A stretch of 64,000 nucleotides of DNA from a virus, in IMG/VR virus record IMGVR_UViG_3300012954_000007. One strand, written 5' to 3'. This document shows, in pieces, positions 58,795-64,000 of the stretch (the stretch's first letter is position 1; the number at the start of each line of letters is the position of its first letter). The position numbers were made by a program, and so were the translations under genes. The notes under the pieces were generated by a model that saw only the letters and a program-made list of their open reading frames with translations, did not search any database and was not told where the DNA came from.

Positions 58795-58969
58795 GCAAAG
58801 TGTGCTCGATGAAATCTACTATCTAGTAAAATTTGCAAGTTTTAACCATAGTGATTTATTAACTATGCCTGTGTATGAACGTAGGTACTATCTTAACAAA
58901 CTCATAGAAGAATTTGAAAAGAAAAAAGAAGCTATAGAAAAATCACAAAACAATTCTAGAAGCTTTTAA
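58751..58969 (+). CDS. gp51-like small chaperone; possibly the frameshifted C-terminal extension of the upstream gene
   Basis: EIYYLVK...SDLLTMPVYERRYYLNKL; no ATG at its 5' end; overlaps the upstream gene in the +1 frame. Confidence 0.7.
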   Translation: MFLVPIFFVLSSDYRQSVLDEIYYLVKFASFNHSDLLTMPVYERRYYLNKLIEEFEKKKEAIEKSQNNSRSF

Positions 58970-59002
58970 AATAGATAATCATCTATTTATATAAAAAAGA
59001 CT

Positions 59003-61081
59003 ATGGCTAACGAAGAATCAGGTAAATGGGATAGTAGGTGGGGACCAAAACCCCGTAATTGGGATTCTATGTCCCGACAAGACCAGATTAATGCTGCAGT
59101 CAACGCACAACAAGCAACTAATACCAAACAATCTGCACAATCCCAACAACAATTAAATAGTGAAATCGAGACTGGTAATAAACTATTAGATAATAGTTTA
59201 GATAAGTATAAAGATTTAGCTGGGTTCTTGGGTGATGCCACTCAAGAACAACAAGCACGAAACTCATTACAAGACATTGCTAAGGAAGCCTTAGAAAGAG
59301 AAACTAAAATTCGTAAGACTTTAGTAATTGAGATGGGCTTAATGGGTGGTCTACAAGACACTCAGAATGAAAAAATACAAAAAGCTGCTGTAGAAGCTCA
59401 AAGATATGGAGTTGAAATGGATGCTGTATTGAGAGTAATGGGAGACCTAAGTAACATTATGGGTCGAAACGTTTTAATTTCAGATGAAGATATAAGTAGA
59501 CTTGCTATATTTAAAGAGGCAATGCCTACCGCGGACGTTGAAGAGATGGTAAAATATTTTGACCAGATGGGATTCTCAGTACAAAAAGCTTTAGATTTTG
59601 GAAATGACATGGCGGGTGTCGCTAGAGGAATGGGTCTGAATATAGGTAAGTTTATGGGTACCGTTACTCGTAACATGAAAATGATGAATACCTATAATTT
59701 TGCAGATGGTGTTCAAGGATTTGCTAGAATGGCAGCTCAAGCACAAAAACTAGGTTTGGATATGTCTAATGTGTCTAGGATTGCTGATGACGTTATGGAC
59801 CCTGAAGGTGCTATCAGTTTAGCTGCTAATTTACAAGTGATTGGTGGTGCGGTAGGAGACTTAGCCGACCCGTTTAAAATGATGTATATGGCAACTAATG
59901 ACCTAGAAGGACTACAAAATGCAATAGTTCAAGCGGGTACAGATTTAGCTGTATTTAATGAAGAAACTGGTGAAATATCTTTCCCACCTACATCTCAAAG
60001 ACAATTAAAAGCATTAGCTGACGAATTAAAAATAGGTAAAGACGAATTAGCTTCTATGATTAAGTTACAAGCTAAGTTTGCGAATATGCAGAATCAGTTT
60101 TCTATGGCATTAGAAGCCACACCAGAAGTACAGGAGTTTGTGACCAGTATGGCCAATTTAAATGAAGATGGTAAATACGAAATTGATTTAAATGGTGATA
60201 CTGTCGAATTAGAAGACCTAACAGCACCACAGGTTGAAGAACTTAAAAAATTAAGGGAACAACAAATGCAAAAGGATAAAGAAATGGATGCTCTTACTGA
60301 AAAAGAAATTCTAATTCAATCCAGAGACGCACTAACCAATATTAACAACGCTATTAGAGCTACTGATACAGCAATATTAGGTGGTGTAGCGTCAGGTATT
60401 AATGCTTCAGAAATAACTACTGAACTTAATAAAGCTATAAGTAAAGCGTTTAGTAGTGGAGAACTAACCAACCTAAGTGGTCTTGTTGGAGATTTTACGA
60501 CTGCTGGTATAGAAACTATGTTTGGTGACGACATAAATAAATTAACTACAGGTATAAGTGAAGTGTCTAATGTCATACAAGCTTTTGTAGGTACAGGAGC
60601 TGGAGGTATAAATGACCTATTCAAAAAAATGACAGAAGCAACTGAAAAAGATTTTAAGTTACAAACTGGTTATTTTTATCTTAATAAAGTAGAAGGTGAA
60701 GCCGTTAATGACTTTAATTTAGAACCTGGAGAAACAAAAGCTGTTTTAAAATCAGATGGACAATTTTTAATACCCTCAATGAATGACACAGTAAGTGGTG
60801 TTGATTTAACCGCTGGAGCTAAGGGAGCTAACTTAGGGTCATTAGTTAATAATGTTGGAAGTGTAGGTGAAAAAATAGTAAAAGTACAATTTACTGGGAT
60901 ACCTTCTAGGATACCGATTGAGCTAAGTGGTAAAAACATGGGAGACTTTAACTTTATGGGATTAGTCGGTAATGAACTGTTTATGCAAAAGTTAAAATCC
61001 CAATTAATAGAAACTAATTTAACTACGGCTCCAGGAATGAACAATGAAAGAGAACTAGCTAGATACGATAGTATGACTTAG
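59003..61081 (+). CDS. Tape measure-like protein
   Basis: 692-aa helical Ala/Met/Gln-rich ORF directly after the chaperone pair; TATTTAT at 58984-58990. Confidence 0.7.
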   Translation: MANEESGKWDSRWGPKPRNWDSMSRQDQINAAVNAQQATNTKQSAQSQQQLNSEIETGNKLLDNSLDKYKDLAGFLGDATQEQQARNSLQDIAKEALERETKIRKTLVIEMGLMGGLQDTQNEKIQKAAVEAQRYGVEMDAVLRVMGDLSNIMGRNVLISDEDISRLAIFKEAMPTADVEEMVKYFDQMGFSVQKALDFGNDMAGVARGMGLNIGKFMGTVTRNMKMMNTYNFADGVQGFARMAAQAQKLGLDMSNVSRIADDVMDPEGAISLAANLQVIGGAVGDLADPFKMMYMATNDLEGLQNAIVQAGTDLAVFNEETGEISFPPTSQRQLKALADELKIGKDELASMIKLQAKFANMQNQFSMALEATPEVQEFVTSMANLNEDGKYEIDLNGDTVELEDLTAPQVEELKKLREQQMQKDKEMDALTEKEILIQSRDALTNINNAIRATDTAILGGVASGINASEITTELNKAISKAFSSGELTNLSGLVGDFTTAGIETMFGDDINKLTTGISEVSNVIQAFVGTGAGGINDLFKKMTEATEKDFKLQTGYFYLNKVEGEAVNDFNLEPGETKAVLKSDGQFLIPSMNDTVSGVDLTAGAKGANLGSLVNNVGSVGEKIVKVQFTGIPSRIPIELSGKNMGDFNFMGLVGNELFMQKLKSQLIETNLTTAPGMNNERELARYDSMT

Positions 61082-61127
61082 GTCTAATATTTCTATTATT
61101 GAATATTTATAATAAAAACAAGATAAT

Positions 61128-64000
61128 ATGCCAGGGTTACCACAAAATAATAATTTTTCTTCATTAAGTTTTTCAGGTACTAAAGCACTTAGAGACTTAC
61201 TTTTGACTAAGAATTTACCTAATCCAGAAGGTTTAGGACCCTATGGAAATTATACAAACGCAACATACTCCACCGCCTCACTAGCCGTTAAAGATGTAAT
61301 AGACCAACCCAGTGTTGAAGTTAACTCTGAAATGTATTTAAATAAACTATATTTAAATAACGCTTATGGACCCGAAGGTGGATATTCTGACTTTATTAAA
61401 ATTTACACAACCAGCCAAGGGGTAGCTAAAGTTAATGAAGGTCTTTACCCAGACTTTACTCCACCAGAAACAGGAACTGGATTATTTGGTGAAAATCCTT
61501 TTAGGTTAGTGGGAAGGTATTACTCACCGATAGATATATTGTTAGGTGTTTCCGCTGAAGGATTATTGTCACAAACACTATTAGAGGACAGTCCATTACA
61601 ACAAGCAGGAGCAATCCAACTAAGAGCAGAATTCCAAGAGAGAATAGCTCAAGAACTATATCAAGAAACTATTGGGAGATTAAGTTTTGTGGATGCTCTA
61701 CAAGACCCTGTAGACGCTTTAGAGATAGTTACTGGTAGACAACCCCTAATTAATAGAAATTACAGTATAACCCAACCTAAATCACTTGTAGGTCAAGGAT
61801 TAGATTTTGTATCTAGACTAACGGGTGTCTATGTCCCATATTCTTACATTCCTGGTGATTATTTTGAATTAGAACCACCTAGAGGATTGGGTATGGGTGG
61901 TAAAATACTTTCTGATATAACAGGAATTTTAGGTAGTTTAGTGGGCATACCTAGAAGAAGACAATCACCATCTCAAAGGTTCTTAGAATATACTGGAGGG
62001 GGCACTAAATCTAAATTATTTAAACATATAAGATACAATAAATACGGACCCCAATATGGTGAAGGTGCACAAGCTCAAACAGCTATAGGTGCTGGATTTG
62101 GAGAAGCTATAGATTTTATTGCTGGTGGTGTACTAGGATTTGGTAATTTTCCACCTAACCCACCTCAATATGTTGGAGGACCTAGAAATAGAATAGCGGA
62201 CATGACCAGTCCACCAGACAACACGTTTGCTGGTAAGAATTATGTTCCGATGTTTGGTCCAGACGCGGTAGCTAAAGAATTTGATTCAAATGAGTACGAG
62301 TTCGGTATGAAAGGTAGAACTTATACGAATCAAGGAAATGTTCCTGGTGGATTTACTTGGTTTACGGACAAAACTCCAGGAGGTGGATTTTTAAATAGTG
62401 TTGGGTCATTATTCAATAATAACGCTAATAACAATAGAATAGGACCACAAGAACCAGGAGCTACACAAGGTCCTGAAGGTTCTACCGACGATACCACGAG
62501 ATACCAAACCCCAAATAATTACGATAGTACTAAATCTACTAATTACGACTTTAGGGAAGACAGTATAATGGATACAACACAACAGATTATAGATTCTGTA
62601 CCCAAAGGAGGTGCAGCACTTAAATCTGTTTCTCACGCCATGAATCAAGTCAGTAAAGTTTTTAATGACGGTTATAAAGAATTAACAAAAGGTTCTAGAG
62701 TTAGAAAATTCGTAAATACTGACCCAACATCTGGAGAAGGTGTAGAAGAAGCTAGAGAATACTGTAGAGTTTGGACTAAAGACGTACCTTATTACACTTA
62801 TGATAGGTTAGTTAGATTTAATATGAACCACAGAAAAGAGACATACTCTGTATTAGATAGTCCTTACAATTTAAATATCGCACCTCACAGAACAGATGAA
62901 ACTGGAAAAGGCTCCAGTAATATTGTAGATGGTAAGGTTAAAAAATACATGTTTTCAATAGAAAACTTAGCTTGGAGAACTAGTGGAGAACCTGGATTTA
63001 CTTATGATGATTTACCTTCTTGTGAAAAAGGCCCTAACGGTGGAAGAATAATGTGGTTCCCCCCTTATGACTTAAGCGTGGACGAATCAAGTAACGCCAC
63101 TTGGACAGACAATAATTTTCTTGGAAGACCAGAACCTATATATACGTATAATAATACAAATAGAACTGGGAGTTTACGTTTTAAAATTGTTGTAGACCAC
63201 CCTAGTATTTTAAATTTATTAGTAAGGAAAGAGTTAGAAAAATTAGGTCCTGAAGAAACAGACGCTATTGTAGATTCTTTCTTTGCTGGATGTAAAAAAT
63301 ATGATATATTTGATTTAGCTAGAAAATGGCAACAATTTTCCGTAAATGAGTTACAAGAAATGTTAAATACCCCAGGATTATCCAGTGATGCTACCAGAGA
63401 AATTATTAACGAAGCGGCAACTGAAGAACCTGAACTAACTAACCCTACACCACTTCCAACACTAAAACCTAACCTATACTTTTATTTTGATAATGACTAT
63501 CCAGATAATAATACTAATTCTACCAAATCTACAGTAAGTTATGTGGCGTGTGCGGAAGGAAGTATGTCTAAGTTCGGTCAATATTTGGTACCACCTACAC
63601 CGACTGCTCCAGCTTCATTTCAAAAGTATATGAATAAAGCTCCCGACTCGGACGAACCTGGATTTAGTAATTTCTTTAAAGTAGATGCTGGTAAATCTGG
63701 TGGATTAGGTGGAGGTTCCGCTTACGACCAATACAACGTTGTTTGGCCTCAATTTGCTAGAGATTTAAAAGCGGTACTAGATTCTGGACTAAAAAAAGTA
63801 ATTTTAAAATTTGCTGGTTCCGCAAGTTCTATCGCGACTAGTTCTTATAATAAGAATTTATCTAAAAGAAGGTTAGATTCTGTATTACAAATGTTTAGAG
63901 CTTATGAAATAGACGGTAAAAACGCCTTCAAAGTGTATATGGAAAAAGGAATATTACAAATTCCTGTTGGTGAAGCTATGGGGGAAAGTAAATGTAATAC
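61128..64000 (+). CDS. Large baseplate hub/tube-initiator protein with OmpA-like domain (runs off the window; absent from the ORF track)
   Basis: ATG 61128 after TATTTAT 61104-61110; spot-checked in-frame motifs EYCRVWTKD, MWFPPYD, FLGRPEPIYTYNNTNR, FYFDNDYP, GSASS...YNKNLSKRRLDSV. Confidence 0.75.
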   Translation, partial: MPGLPQNNNFSSLSFSGTKALRDLLLTKNLPNPEGLGPYGNYTNATYSTASLAVKDVIDQPSVEVNSEMYLNKLYLNNAYGPEGGYSDFIKIYTTSQGVAKVNEGLYPDFTPPETGTGLFGENPFRLVGRYYSPIDILLGVSAEGLLSQTLLEDSPLQQAGAIQLRAEFQERIAQELYQETIGRLSFVDALQDPVDALEIVTGRQPLINRNYSITQPKSLVGQGLDFVSRLTGVYVPYSYIPGDYFELEPPRGLGMGGKILSDITGILGSLVGIPRRRQSPSQRFLEYTGGGTKSKLFKHIRYNKYGPQYGEGAQAQTAIGAGFGEAIDFIAGGVLGFGNFPPNPPQYVGGPRNRIADMTSPPDNTFAGKNYVPMFGPDAVAKEFDSNEYEFGMKGRTYTNQGNVPGGFTWFTDKTPGGGFLNSVGSLFNNNANNNRIGPQEPGATQGPEGSTDDTTRYQTPNNYDSTKSTNYDFREDSIMDTTQQIIDSVPKGGAALKSVSHAMNQVSKVFNDGYKELTKGSRVRKFVNTDPTSGEGVEEAREYCRVWTKDVPYYTYDRLVRFNMNHRKETYSVLDSPYNLNIAPHRTDETGKGSSNIVDGKVKKYMFSIENLAWRTSGEPGFTYDDLPSCEKGPNGGRIMWFPPYDLSVDESSNATWTDNNFLGRPEPIYTYNNTNRTGSLRFKIVVDHPSILNLLVRKELEKLGPEETDAIVDSFFAGCKKYDIFDLARKWQQFSVNELQEMLNTPGLSSDATREIINEAATEEPELTNPTPLPTLKPNLYFYFDNDYPDNNTNSTKSTVSYVACAEGSMSKFGQYLVPPTPTAPASFQKYMNKAPDSDEPGFSNFFKVDAGKSGGLGGGSAYDQYNVVWPQFARDLKAVLDSGLKKVILKFAGSASSIATSSYNKNLSKRRLDSVLQMFRAYEIDGKNAFKVYMEKGILQIPVGEAMGESKCN

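Noticed and set aside
362-62648. Numerous short antisense or overlapping ORFs in the track (e.g. 362-697, 2415-2909, 11548-11949, 37511-37987, 60316-60624, 62409-62648)
   Set aside because: Shadow frames of well-supported genes, with Ser/Phe/Leu-biased composition and no motifs or initiation signals
1-64000. Stop-codon reassignment, as found in some jumbo phages
   Set aside because: Genes are full length in the standard code, and TAA, TAG and TGA all terminate well-formed genes; only one isolated internal TAA (26738) was seen
1-64000. tRNA, rRNA, integrase or transposase genes
   Set aside because: Intergenic gaps are short and AT-rich with no cloverleaf signatures, and no ORF shows recombinase or transposase motifs

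Overview
The whole 64 kb window is an AT-rich segment of a large, T4-like (contractile-tailed) jumbo phage genome in the standard genetic code. The host is most likely Bacteroidota: there are four TTTG-N19/20-TAnnTTTG promoters, and the leaders are A-rich without Shine-Dalgarno sites. The head module has a prohead protease, an acidic scaffold and the major capsid protein. A long minus-strand block holds baseplate genes, a gp55-like sigma factor and an ~19 kb sugar-nucleotide, glycosyltransferase, methyl-, acetyl- and sulfotransferase cluster interleaved with phoH, dUTPase and an exonuclease. The rest contains Cys-rich virion and fibre genes, family B DNA polymerase, SNF2 helicase, neck, sheath, tube, chaperone, tape-measure and hub genes, a HAD/kinase/HAD trio and a Mom-like DNA-modification gene. 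Best candidates for undescribed biology: (1) a phage-encoded virion glycosylation system, with a [S/T]-G-x-[S/T] motif strongly enriched in exposed virion domains; (2) a shared helical tag plus protease sites on late-expressed enzymes, suggesting head-packaged cargo; (3) a late promoter TATTTAT, the reverse complement of the T4 late promoter; (4) a probable +1/-2 frameshift in the tail chaperone pair. All functional calls come from motif recognition by eye; no database search was run.
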